A stretch of 63,840 nucleotides of DNA, counting the filler, from Dimargaris cristalligena (Eukaryota), in NCBI GenBank assembly GCA_003614675.1. It is 3 parts of 3 records of this genome, joined end to end, with 100 filler letters (N's around TTAATTAATTAA, not from the genome) between each part and the next. Parts side by side here need not be neighbours in the genome. Positions count along the whole stretch, not along the records: positions 22,104 to 44,067 come from ML002647.1; positions 44,168 to 63,840 come from ML002718.1; 1 more part is not named here. One strand, 5' to 3'. This document shows positions 38,356 to 49,239 of the stretch, in pieces; position 1 is the stretch's first letter; each line of letters begins with the position of its first letter. The translations under genes and the position numbers were made by a program. The notes beneath the pieces were generated by a model that saw nothing but the letters and a program-made list of their open reading frames with translations, was not told the origin of the DNA and did not search any database.

Positions 38356-40173
38356 ATACCACATCCTCGTGGTCTGGGACTCTACTCGACTTTGAATAGC
38401 AGCTAACACTTACATCATTATTATAATCGTTCTATTTCGCTATTCTAGGTGTCCAATTGTTCATGGTTCGGAATAACCGTGTTTTATCATTAAATAAATT
38501 ATTTTTCTCATAGTATCCATGCTAAGATGCTTTCGGGGGTTGGGTAGTTGTTGGCTAGAGCTGGACGTATAGTAGTTCATCAGTTGCTACATGAAAACAG
38601 CCATAAAGTCCTAGCTTATTATAATAACGGTTCTTTAGGGACAGGTGTTATATGGGGTGACATTGTCTTGCCTATGGCAACGAAGTCCCAAGAAAGAATG
38701 CAACATTGAACTTCATTTCATTAACCTATGTTCCCCTGGCTTATCGGATATTTGGGGCCATATAATTGGTGCTTCTCATACCCCCTTTCTAGTTTTACTA
38801 TTTATGCTACATTTGAGATCTACTCCAGCTAGGCCGCTTTTCGTTTATTTTACATGTAGCCACCCATTCCTTCATTTCAATGAGGGGGATGACTATCACG
38901 GTATCTTGCAATTTTATTTTTGAAAATGTAATAATTGCTACATTTATTTACCGGATATACAGCTACTAATGAACAATTTGGTCGAAACAGAGCTGGTTTG
39001 CAGTACTCTTTCACCAAGAAATTCTGGATAAGAGATGATGAGCCTAGCAGGAGAATCCATTACCCCATTCCTCTTTGTGGAAAGTAGGTATACCCTATAC
39101 ATTAACTGATATCGATAACCCGTTACTTGGGGGCAGTCTCATGGTCGTTGTTAGGGTGATTTAGGGGCGTTTATGTAAGGGTATTTTTAGTAAAATGATA
39201 CTGACATCCAAGGTGTGATCTAGGTCAGTTAGCTTGGCTGTTACCATACCTTGTTTCTGACTGACGTTGATTAGCGAGCAGGAGTAGCGTAGTTGCTTTA
39301 AATAGAATCACGGTATCTATTCGGCCCCGCTGCTCCTATAGTAGGATGTCCAGATGATTTTTACACACATCATTTGTAGATGAGCTTGGCAGTTTCCCGG
39401 CGGTGGTTACTGTGATGGGGCGTAACACGACTGGAACACCGCTATGGTATGGTTTTTGGAGCGTACGTATACAGACTATCGTGCTACTATATCCACCAGA
39501 TATTGGGCTTATTGTACGGATAGGAGGTGTAAAAGGGGTTGTTATAGTGGAGGAGAGGTCACCCAAATGGGCTGTTGGTCTCGGTCATGAACAGGGGGGT
39601 CATGTGATTGGATTCCGTGTCCGAAGCATGTGCCTCTAACCAACTAATTAACAAATGAGCCAACTAACTAGTAAGTTAATCAACACCACTTTTCCTATAT
39701 TAATTGGAGGGTAGCTGAATTGCTTGTGAAAGCCCCGTTCACGTTCCTCTGCGACTGCAGTACAATGTATACCATAGAGGAAACAGTCCCGCCTCAACTC
39801 GGGCTAGTCTGCTGCTCCTCGCCTGTTAGTGCGCAAGCCCAGTCTTGCCCGCTCTTTCGCCCTACCGCATACACTTGTCGGCGTCATAGACTCCCCCCCT
39901 TCACTCTTTTGCTGTCGCTCCTTTTCCTTGCCATATCTTATATTCCTCAATTTACCAAGGGCTCTCTATCGACTTGAAGTCACCCTCAGACCACTCTAGT
40001 TATCGACTTTCCAGCGAGCCCCATTCCACTTCCTGTCTAGTATCTTTTCGTATTCCCCTTATATCAGCTCAGACAGGCTATTTTCTGTAGACCCATTCTC
40101 CCCGTCCGGTATATCAACCCCCCCCCCCCTGCTTTGCCAATTGCGTCCAACCGAGTCATTTTCTTTCCTCCCA

Positions 40174-41658
40174 ATGGCCAAGCCCTCGAAAGAAGCTCTC
40201 CCACCGTTCGGCCAGGCCCTGACCGGAGCCGCCAGTGCCGCTCTGGCGCTCTTGCTTGTCTACCCTCTGGACACTATCAAGACCCGCATGCAAGTTCAGT
40301 CCAAAGCCCCAGCATCCCATTCTACCACCACCACCACCACTACTACTACTACTACTTCCAATGAGAAGAACCTGGTCAAGGGTGGGACCGGAGGGGAAGA
40401 ACAGGAGATTTACCATTCGGTGTGGGACGCAGCCACCAAAATTTACCAGCGGGAGGGCATCCGCGGCTTTTACGCCGGTTTAGGGGCCGGTCTCATGGGC
40501 CAAACCTCCACCAACTTCGCCTATTTTTACTGGTACTCGTTTATTCGGTCCTTTTGCCTCCGCCAGCTCCAACAACGACAGCGGCGACGGGGCCCCCCAG
40601 GTGGAGGAGCGGCAACGACGGCCACCCCTACTGTGTCCTTATCCACCGCGGCGGAGCTGGCTTTAGGGGCCCTAGCCGCCGCCCTGGCCCAATTATTCAC
40701 CATCCCGATTTCGGTGATTGCCACCCGCCAGCAAACCGCCCCGACCCGGGAGCGTTTATCCGTATGGGGCACCGCGCGGGAAATCATCGCGGATGACGGG
40801 TGGGCCGGCTTATGGAAGGGACTCAAACCTTCTTTGGTGTTGGTGGTGAATCCGTCCATCACGTACGGCGCTTTCGAACGTATCAAGACCGTAATGCTGG
40901 CCCAGCGTCCCTTGGCCACTACGGGGGCATCATTAGCAGCATCGGCCACGCCACTCTCGCTGTCCGCCTTGCAGGTGTTCGTCGCCGGTGCTTTATCCAA
41001 GACGTTGGCGACCATCGTGACCTACCCCTACATCATGGCCAAGGTGCGTCTACAGTGGAAACCGTCGAAATCGGAAACCAAGGCCGGGGGATCGGAGTCC
41101 GTGCAGGCCGCGTATACCAGTGCCGTGGATGTGTTACGTAAGGTTTGGCAGATTGATGGGTTTACGGGTTGGTACAAGGTAAGTGCGTGTGTGGATGAGT
41201 GTGTATCCCTTTTTATACGTGTGTGTGGGTATCTTATATTATTTGTAATTCCTTCGGAGTGGCAATACCCCATCGGGGTATTGCTATCAGGATGATTTGT
41301 TTGCATGGCTTCATTGTAATTGCAAAGGACACCTCACCTGCCTGGGAAGGAATGCTCAGGGTGCATGTGGAAGCCGAATCTCCAGTAATATTCCCCTTCC
41401 CACTCCCTGTGGCTTCTAATACAATCTTTATTCCAGCCATACAAAACACCTGTAACTCATTCTTTGATTGATTATCGATATATATATATATATTCTTTTA
41501 CCTCTGCGCCATTGGCATGCCAACAGGGAATGCAAGCCCAAATCTCCAAAGCCATGCTAACCCAGGCCCTCCTACTCATGATCAAGGATAAACTTGAGTC
41601 CTACGTGATGCTAATGTTCGCCCTCCTGCGCACGCTTCAGAAACAAAAGCGGATCTAG
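40174..41658 (+). CDS. ANT1: peroxisomal adenine nucleotide carrier (ANT1/PMP34-like, SLC25 family; exons 40174-41178, 41527-41658)
   Basis: YPLDTIKTRMQ, TIPISVIATRQQT, TYPYIMAKVRLQ carrier motifs; LVLVVNPSITYGAFE; spliced end YKGMQAQISKAMLTQALL. Confidence 0.9.
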
Positions 41659-42077
41659 AAGACCACCGGCAGGGCCGTTTCATCTAGATTATACGGATTT
41701 ATCCATCCATATCCAATATGGGAATTTCGTCGGCCTCAAATATCGCTCTCATTATTACTGGCGAGCTGTAGATTTGTGAAATAGTTTTTAATAAACCCCG
41801 CTATTAGATGCCCCCAACGGAATAGGGTCCCCCCTATGGATGTTCGCGTGTAGCGTTTGTTCTTTCTTTTCATAGTTGGTGTATCACTTGTCATTCCAAA
41901 TGTTTACCATCCCACTTTGGTCATGACATAAGCTACTTCGCCCTTCTTTTCTATTTTTTCACATTTTCACTTATACACCACGCCATTACAAAATAGAGCA
42001 ATGTATTTATGGGGGTTATTGTAAGCTGGATATATGTACACGTGGAATACAGGTGTTGCAAAAATACTTAATCCATA

Positions 42078-42215
42078 TGGGAGTAGTTCAACAAGGCTGT
42101 ATAACGAAAAATCCATCTGATGAGGCAAATACTACTGGTTGATAATTAACATCCCGCCAATTTTCCCATATACACATTAGTTAAAACCTTATACAGCTGA
42201 GCCGAATTTCACCCA
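42078..42215. mobile_element. ~138-bp MITE, copy 4
   Basis: ATAT-GGGAGTAGTTCAACAAGGCTGTATAA...TTATACAGCTGAGCCGAATTTCACCC-ATAT. Confidence 0.85.
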
Positions 42216-42348
42216 TATATAGTTGAGGATTGCAGGCCCGTTGCAGGTGCATGTGGGTCAAGTTAGAAAAAATCAAACAACATATTCGATGGGTGCGCGG
42301 TAACCACAAGTTCCGCCTATATGGTCGGTAAACCGCCACCTCCGATTA

Positions 42349-43847
42349 TCACGGCGGAGGGATGGGTTTGGTGATCCAGTCATCGGTGGTATGAATCCGG
42401 TCCACCGTTGCACGGGCCGCTCGCCAATACCTACCTGTTGGATCACCGTAGACCTGGCCAAAGTAAGCCAACGCCCGAACCACCTTGGCTACATGATCGT
42501 CGTCAGTGCTAAGGCATTCGTGCTGGACCTTCGCCCAGGCCGCCGCCGTCGTCGTCGTCTTTTCCGGCCCTTTAGTTTCCGCCTTTGGAGTCGTCGGATC
42601 AGCAGGTGGTACCAGTCTCCCCCGGCCCTGGCAGACGTAAATCACCGCCACACCGAAGAGTTGCAGGCGAAGCAACCGGACCCGATCGTAAGGGTCGGTG
42701 AGGTAGGGCCAGATGATGTGGGTAGCGAAGAGGGACGTTACCCCATGGGCCAAGTAAAAATCCAGGCGTTGGTCGGACCGAACTTGTTCAGCGAATACGC
42801 AGGTAACTAGGGGGACTAAATCGGCAAGTTGGCGGTTCAAGTGGGAGTCTATGGGACCCCTTTCCACATCTGAAACAGTTGTTGCTGTTGCTGTTGCTAT
42901 TGCCGCAGCCGCCGTTGTGGTGGATTCTATTGCGGCGGGATCATGGCCACGGTCGGTCGGGGAGTGGAAGTGGTCCGGGGTCCAGGGGTAACACGCCCCA
43001 ATGGCGGTCCGTAAGTACTGGAGGGCCGCGGGTCGAGCCATCAGATCCTGTTGACGCTGGGCGAACCGCTCGTTAGTTGAGTCGATTTGGAACAATGGGT
43101 TGGTTTCCACGTCGAGCATCACGTGCCACGGATCAGCGAGTTCCCTGACCTTGGCCTTCGCCCTGGGTGGGGATGGGTGACGGGGCAAGTTACCACTGCC
43201 CATGTCCTTATCTCCACCCTTGGCCCCATTGTTCGGTTCGATTTCCGGACCGGGTTTGTCGTGGGGTTCGCAGAGTACATGGTCGGTTATAAAAGACTGG
43301 TCAACGAACCAGCTGCACGCATAGGCGAATCCTTCAGCCACGACGCCGGGATTGCGGAATTCCAATCCGTACCCGATATGAATCCAAGGGTGGGTGAGGC
43401 CACCTATAAGGCCCGGTAATAAGCGGGGGAAATAGGTGGCCAACGTGCGGTCAATACCCTCCCGATGGACTATTTCGTCAAAGAATTTGAGGTAGGCCCC
43501 GTACATGCTAAACATAGGTGAGTGGGAAGAGTTAGGCCGGGTTGAAAAGGTGGATTAGCTATAAAATAGACTTGCTGTACGCATGCAAATTACTATAGGG
43601 TATACACTTGATAATTTTGCGAATTAGGTTCGGGTGGTACTCAGCCTCGACCTTTCCAACAGCGGATGCGGGGATCCTAAACCATTGAACTATAATATTA
43701 CATTTAGAATAGGCATGGTATTCACTTACGCTGTATTCCCGAGATGTTTGTCCAGGTTGGCCTCGGAAATAACGATATCAGACGGCGGCAGGGGCTCTAG
43801 TTTAGGATAGAGTCCATCAAAGGTGTCTTGCAGCCGCTCACTCGAAG
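42349..43847 (-). CDS. questin oxidase-like/HypA-like oxidoreductase, 5'-incomplete (exons 43847-43730, 43507-42349)
   Basis: GGLTHPWIHIGYGLEF, AEGFAY, DFYLAHGVTS and DDDHVAKVVRAL motifs. The upstream exon is not found before the gap. Confidence 0.8.
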
Positions 43848-44013
43848 CTAGTGTATTAGACCATGTATGGTATAGGCAAACGGATACAAAAAAGGGATAC
43901 GTGAGTTAATGGGTAACATGTCAAAGGAATAGTGGGTTTGAGCAATATATATATATATAAGCCGCCATGCAGGGTATAAACCCCACAGTAGGGTTTCAGC
44001 ATAGTTGAGCATA

Positions 44014-44067
44014 TGGGAGTAGTTCAACAAGGCTGTATAACGAAAAATCCATTTGATGAGGCAAGTA
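44014..44067. mobile_element. MITE copy 5, truncated by gap
   Basis: Near-identical to the first 54 nt of the 42078 copy. Confidence 0.8.
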
Positions 44068-44167
44068 NNNNNNNNNNNNNNNNNNNNNNNNNNNNNNNNN
44101 NNNNNNNNNNNTTAATTAATTAANNNNNNNNNNNNNNNNNNNNNNNNNNNNNNNNNNNNNNNNNNNN
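44068..44167. other. assembly gap / artificial linker
   Basis: N-run containing TTAATTAATTAA, 100 nt. Confidence 0.97.
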
Positions 44168-44539
44168 ATAGAAATAATACCCTCGGGTACTCGAAAATAA
44201 CTAAAACAAAATCAAACTTCCGTAGAAGTACTACTGGGTGAATTCTTCAGCCTCGATTAAAAAGTTGTTTTTATTACTAAGATATTCCACTGAGTATTTA
44301 TACTAAAACTTTGGGATTACAAATTGGTAGATATTCAAAGACTAAAGATAAAAGATACTAAAAGATCAGACACGTTTGTATAACCAAAACAAAAGTAAAG
44401 ACAAGGGTCTTCAAATTATAATATTAGTTATAAATAGTAAACCACTCATTGACATTACTAAAGTAAGGGTAAAAAAGGGGGACTTTAAACTAATAATTAG
44501 ATAGATACAAAGAATTAATACTATTGGTATAATAAACAT

Positions 44540-44751
44540 TGTTAGAAAGGCAGCTCATGCCTCTATCAAATTATATTCTTCGAGATTCTCCCACCATATA
44601 GAGAATTATATCCCAACTCTTACTACAGTCAATAGTCATACAATAAAACACATAGCGGAGTGTATTCCATACATCTCTTGCAGCTTTCTTTACTTTCATT
44701 CACTTTGATACACTAAGGCTTTGCATCGTAGTATATTCATTCATTCTAACA
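44540..44751 (+). repeat. 5' LTR (212 bp)
   Basis: Direct repeat of 49028-49239, four mismatches seen. Confidence 0.97.
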
Positions 44752-44763
44752 GGTTATGAGCCC
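44752..44763 (+). promoter_or_regulatory. primer-binding site, half-tRNA-iMet type
   Basis: GGTTATGAGCCC abuts the LTR, as in Ty5/Drosophila copia. Confidence 0.85.
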
Positions 44764-44935
44764 TGCGTATATACACTACTCCATACTACTTTTTTTACTT
44801 GGAAAAAGATTACTTTACTTTATCTAAAAACAAACTAGTTTTATAATCAAAACTTACTATACTAATCTATCCATCCATCATGTTGAATTCCCGGGTTAAT
44901 CCATCCATCCATCCATCCATCCAACAACCTGAAAC

Positions 44936-47068
44936 ATGTCAAGCATTAAACTTAATGTAAGCCCCCCCATCCTGGAAGGCCATGACTATAAGTCATGGGC
45001 TGTAGAGATGCAAAACATCTTAGAGATGGAAGACCTCTGGGATACTATTGTATCTGGACTTGGTACTAAGGATCCAAAGACAGAAGTGGATAAAGAGCAG
45101 CTAAAGAAGGACCGAACTGCTTTGTACATTCTCCGTAGGTCTCTGTCTGATGAAATTAGACAAACTACCTTGAATGCTACTTCAGCTAAACAAGTTTGGG
45201 ACCAGATTAAGCAGCAATACTCAAAGACAACTACTGCAAAAGTAGTTCATCTCTATGGGGAACTTTTCAAACTTCGTCAAGGTGATATGACCATTTCAGA
45301 ACTAAGTACCAAGGTTCAAATCCTAGATGAGCAACTCGAAAGATATGAGTTAACCCAGGACCAGCGACATACCCTCATTCTCCTACAAGCAGTGGGGCCT
45401 CAATTCCATTCTGTGGTTCTCCAGTTTCACTCTAGAAAACTTGAAGATTACAAGTTTGATGAAGCTATGCAAACTCTGCTGGAGAATGAGGAATACTTAA
45501 AAGAGCATCCAGAGGCAGAAACCATATTTGAATCAGCCATGAAGGTGAAAAACCATTATGCCAAAAGGAGAGCTAAGGGAAATGAAACCAATTCTTCAAG
45601 TAAATGGTGTGACCGCCATAAGGTGAATACACACAATACTGAGGACTGCTATTCTAATAAAAGGCATAGAGAAACATATTTCAATGAAAATGTTAAACTT
45701 ACCCTTGGCAACGAGTTTGTTATGCATGTAAAGGAAGAAGGAGCTGGTATATGGGTAATTGACTCTGGAGCCTCACGCCACTATTCCCCTTATCTACATT
45801 TATTTATTAATCCAAAACCTTGTAGTCGCACCCTTACTGTTGCTGATAATGCTAACTTAAATATTACTATGGAAGGTGACATTCTTTTCTTTATACTCAA
45901 TAACTCTAACCAACTTACCCAAATTCGACTCAAAAATGTTGGGTATTGCCCTGGATTAGGCTACAATCTACTATCAGTAGCTGCCAGTGATGATGCTGGA
46001 GTTGCATTCAACTTCAAAAATGGAACCTGTACTATCTTAGATACAGATAATGTCATTGCAACTGCAAGAAAAGAAGGTCAGGCATACTCGCTGAGGGTGA
46101 AATACCCAACTGCAGAAATGGCCCATACAACATTAATAGTACCTGATACCAAACTGCGACCCCTTCAAGAAATCCATGAAACACTTGGGCATATCAACTT
46201 TGATACCCTGCGCATGGCTATCAAATCAGGAATTATTACTGATGTGGATCCATCAACTTTAAACACTACCCCAACCTGTGAAGTGTGTATCATGGCAAAG
46301 CTAACTCGTAAACCATTCAAAAGCCACCTTCGACCTGCATCCAAAATCCTTGAAATCATCCACAGTGATGTAGCTGGTCCCTTTGAGGATGCTGGCCCTA
46401 ATCGGGAACGCTATCTTGTATCATTTATTGATCAAAAAAGTCGTTTTGCTTGGGTATACCTAATCACACGGAAGTCAGATGTTGATAAAGCAGTAGGGCA
46501 ATACATTTTGTTAGTCCATAACCAAACTGGCTATCACATCAAGGAATTCCATACTGATAATGGTGGAGAATATACTGGAGGTATCTGCCAAAATACTCTA
46601 GCAACCCATGGTATTATCCACACTACAACTGCCCCCTACTCCCCCCAGCAAAATGGACTAGCTGAACGGTTTAATCGCACTATAGTTGATACTGCCAGGA
46701 GTATGTTTGCTGGTACCGAGTTACCTAATAAACTCTGGGGGTATGCCATTCTCATGGCTGTTCATATCTGGAATCGTCTCCCACTTCGTCACCTTGGTGG
46801 TAATTCAGCTCACTACCATTGGTTTGGGCATCATCCAGACCTATCAAAATACTACAAATTCGGGACTGTAGCACTGGTACAAATACCAAAAGAACACAGG
46901 AAGAAATTAGATTGCGCTGCCAAACATATGGTTTATGTTGGCCCATCAAATTCGGAGGGCCACCACCGGTTCTATAATCAACAGTCTCAAAGGGTCATTA
47001 CCAGTCGTGATTTCAAATTCGTTATCAATACCGACATTACTGCAACTACGGAACACCTACAAAAATAA
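44936..47068 (+). CDS. copia Gag-protease-integrase
   Basis: WVIDSGASRH protease, HETLGH..CEVC zinc site, IHSDVAGP / TDNGGEY / QNGLAERFNRT integrase core. Confidence 0.95.
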   Translation: MSSIKLNVSPPILEGHDYKSWAVEMQNILEMEDLWDTIVSGLGTKDPKTEVDKEQLKKDRTALYILRRSLSDEIRQTTLNATSAKQVWDQIKQQYSKTTTAKVVHLYGELFKLRQGDMTISELSTKVQILDEQLERYELTQDQRHTLILLQAVGPQFHSVVLQFHSRKLEDYKFDEAMQTLLENEEYLKEHPEAETIFESAMKVKNHYAKRRAKGNETNSSSKWCDRHKVNTHNTEDCYSNKRHRETYFNENVKLTLGNEFVMHVKEEGAGIWVIDSGASRHYSPYLHLFINPKPCSRTLTVADNANLNITMEGDILFFILNNSNQLTQIRLKNVGYCPGLGYNLLSVAASDDAGVAFNFKNGTCTILDTDNVIATARKEGQAYSLRVKYPTAEMAHTTLIVPDTKLRPLQEIHETLGHINFDTLRMAIKSGIITDVDPSTLNTTPTCEVCIMAKLTRKPFKSHLRPASKILEIIHSDVAGPFEDAGPNRERYLVSFIDQKSRFAWVYLITRKSDVDKAVGQYILLVHNQTGYHIKEFHTDNGGEYTGGICQNTLATHGIIHTTTAPYSPQQNGLAERFNRTIVDTARSMFAGTELPNKLWGYAILMAVHIWNRLPLRHLGGNSAHYHWFGHHPDLSKYYKFGTVALVQIPKEHRKKLDCAAKHMVYVGPSNSEGHHRFYNQQSQRVITSRDFKFVINTDITATTEHLQK

Positions 47069-49021
47069 ATGGAATCCATCTTTATACTCCAAACTCAGCC
47101 CATAGACACAACTTGCGCCAATAGGTCAAATGGTCAAATCACTAACATACCTGGTGAAGGTCCCGCTCTAACCATCAATAATCTCAACACCATTCCAATT
47201 GATGGGGAAAATCGCGATTCTGACGACACTGTTCCAAACAAATCTTCGGGTATTTTAAATGACAATAACTTCATTTACGACGATCCTAGTATGCCATTCA
47301 ATGATCCGCCGATCCCTTCTCAGCCCAAGGATTTACAACCTATTTGTCAGGCTGCCATACAGGCCAGAGTCGGAATCTCAAAGTCACTGGCTAGTAGGCA
47401 GCAAAAGGGGAATAATGTAAGTGATACAGCATTATTAGTTCGACCTGGGCCTAGTTCCTATAAGGATGCAATGAAAGATAATGAAAAACAAGAATGGGAA
47501 AATGCCATAAAAGACGAGTTAGACTCAATGGAGAAAAACAATGTCTGGATATTAGTACCTCACCCCCAAGGAAGAAAAATCATTCCTTGTAGATGGGTCT
47601 TCGTTACTAAATTGCATCCTGATGGAAGCATAGAGCGTCATAAAGGAAGGCTAGTAGTAAAAGGGTTTCACCAAAAAGAAGGGATCAATTATTTTGAGAC
47701 ATATGCACCAGTAGTACAATACTCTACTATTCGATTACTACTTGCCCTAGCTGCCCACTATAACCTAAATGTTCATCAAATGGATGTAAAAACAGCATTC
47801 CTAAATGGCCTCCTCAATGAGGAAGTCTTTATGGAACCACCTGAAGGACTCAACCTACCTGAACCCAACTTGGTGTGTAAATTAAAACGTAGTTTATATG
47901 GATTAAAACAAGCACCAAGAATGTGGAATCAAAAGTTTGATCACTTTATGGTTAATCTTGGTTTTGAAAAATATGAGGGTGATTATGGCTTATACAGCCT
48001 AATACGTCCTGATACAACTCGAATTTTACTTACAGTCTATGTGGATGATTTATTGATAGCCACAACTACTACCAACGACTTAGCTTGGATAAAGCAAAAG
48101 CTTAGTTCTTCCTTTGAAATGACTGACATTAGTGAACTCACCTTCATCCTAGGTATTCAAGTTGAACAGCAGCAAACAAGTACAGGCAAACAAATCAAAA
48201 TCCATCAATCCCAATATATCTCGGACTTATTAATCAAATATTACCATGATGAGTGCAATGCTACTAAGACCCCTATGGAGGCAGGCCTACAACTCGTACC
48301 AGCAACTGACAATGATGAACTAACTGACATACCCTACGCTAACTTAATAGGTAGTCTGTTATATTTGGCAAACTCAACACGTCCTGATATTGCCTATACC
48401 ATTAACCGCTTAGCTGCATTTAATGCAAAGCCAACCCATCAACATTGGCAAGCAGCAAAACATGTTCTTCGATACCTCCGGGGTACCCCTGAATTAGGTA
48501 TTACTTACCTTCCAAGAAAAATGATCACTGGTGAAATATCCCAAGAAAACGGTCTCATTGGAGCATGCGATAGTGATTGGGGAACCAACAAATATGATAG
48601 GCAATCAATAAGTGGCTTCATCTTTCGAGTATCCAGTGGTCCTATCAGTTGGGCATCAAAGCGTCAAAAGTGTGTTGCAACATCAACAGCAGAGGCTGAG
48701 TACATTGCGGCAGCGGCAGCGACAAAAGAGCTCTTATGGCTAAGGGCGACTCTCAAATTCCTGGGTGAAACATTTAACAAAAGTACTACTCTCGAATGTG
48801 ATAATAGCGCCTGTATCCAAATTGCCACTAATCCGGGGCATCATGATTCCACCAAGCACATCTCCCTAAGATATCATATGATAAGGGATAATATTTGTAA
48901 AGGCGAAGTAACGTTAAAACAAGTAAAAAGTGAAGAACAACGGGCCGATTTTTTGACAAAAGCACTTTGTATCGGGGCTTTTACAAAGGCAATAGCCTTG
49001 AATTTCCAAGACACTCGCTAA
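47069..49021 (+). CDS. copia reverse transcriptase-RNase H (same frame, directly after TAA)
   Basis: HQMDVKTAFLNG, SLYGLKQAPR, YVDDLL, ACDSDW, STAEAEY, ADFLTKAL. Confidence 0.95.
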   Translation: MESIFILQTQPIDTTCANRSNGQITNIPGEGPALTINNLNTIPIDGENRDSDDTVPNKSSGILNDNNFIYDDPSMPFNDPPIPSQPKDLQPICQAAIQARVGISKSLASRQQKGNNVSDTALLVRPGPSSYKDAMKDNEKQEWENAIKDELDSMEKNNVWILVPHPQGRKIIPCRWVFVTKLHPDGSIERHKGRLVVKGFHQKEGINYFETYAPVVQYSTIRLLLALAAHYNLNVHQMDVKTAFLNGLLNEEVFMEPPEGLNLPEPNLVCKLKRSLYGLKQAPRMWNQKFDHFMVNLGFEKYEGDYGLYSLIRPDTTRILLTVYVDDLLIATTTTNDLAWIKQKLSSSFEMTDISELTFILGIQVEQQQTSTGKQIKIHQSQYISDLLIKYYHDECNATKTPMEAGLQLVPATDNDELTDIPYANLIGSLLYLANSTRPDIAYTINRLAAFNAKPTHQHWQAAKHVLRYLRGTPELGITYLPRKMITGEISQENGLIGACDSDWGTNKYDRQSISGFIFRVSSGPISWASKRQKCVATSTAEAEYIAAAAATKELLWLRATLKFLGETFNKSTTLECDNSACIQIATNPGHHDSTKHISLRYHMIRDNICKGEVTLKQVKSEEQRADFLTKALCIGAFTKAIALNFQDTR

Positions 49022-49027
49022 GGGGAA

Positions 49028-49239
49028 TGTTAGAAAGGCAGCTCACGCCTCTATCAAATTATATTCTTCAAGATTCTCCCACCATATAGAGAATTATATC
49101 CCAACTCTTACTACAGTCAATAGTCATACAATAAAACACATAGCGGAGTGTATTCCATACATCTCTCGCAGCTTTCTTTACTTTCATTCACTTTGATACA
49201 CTAAGGCTTTGCATCATAGTATATTCATTCATTCTAACA
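49028..49239 (+). repeat. 3' LTR (212 bp)
   Basis: Direct repeat of 44540-44751. Confidence 0.97.

Larger units (their letters stand above)
37874..38500 (+). ncRNA. probable non-coding snoRNA host gene (introns 37874-38088 and 38209-38448; 5' end not defined)
   Basis: Two GTATGT donors, GCTAAC branch points (38069, 38402) and YAG acceptors. Exons are AT-rich with no ORF. AATAAA near 38493. Confidence 0.7.
44540..49239 (+). mobile_element. full-length Ty1/copia LTR retrotransposon
   Basis: LTRs 44540-44751 and 49028-49239 (TGTTAG..CTAACA). TSD AACAT at 44535-44539 and 49240-49244. Domain order gag-PR-IN-RT-RH. PPT AAGGGGAA before the 3' LTR. Confidence 0.97.

Noticed and set aside
41288..41345. 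SECIS-like AUGA hairpin
   Set aside because: Intronic, no apical AA, poor GA-quartet geometry, and no in-frame UGA in the host gene.
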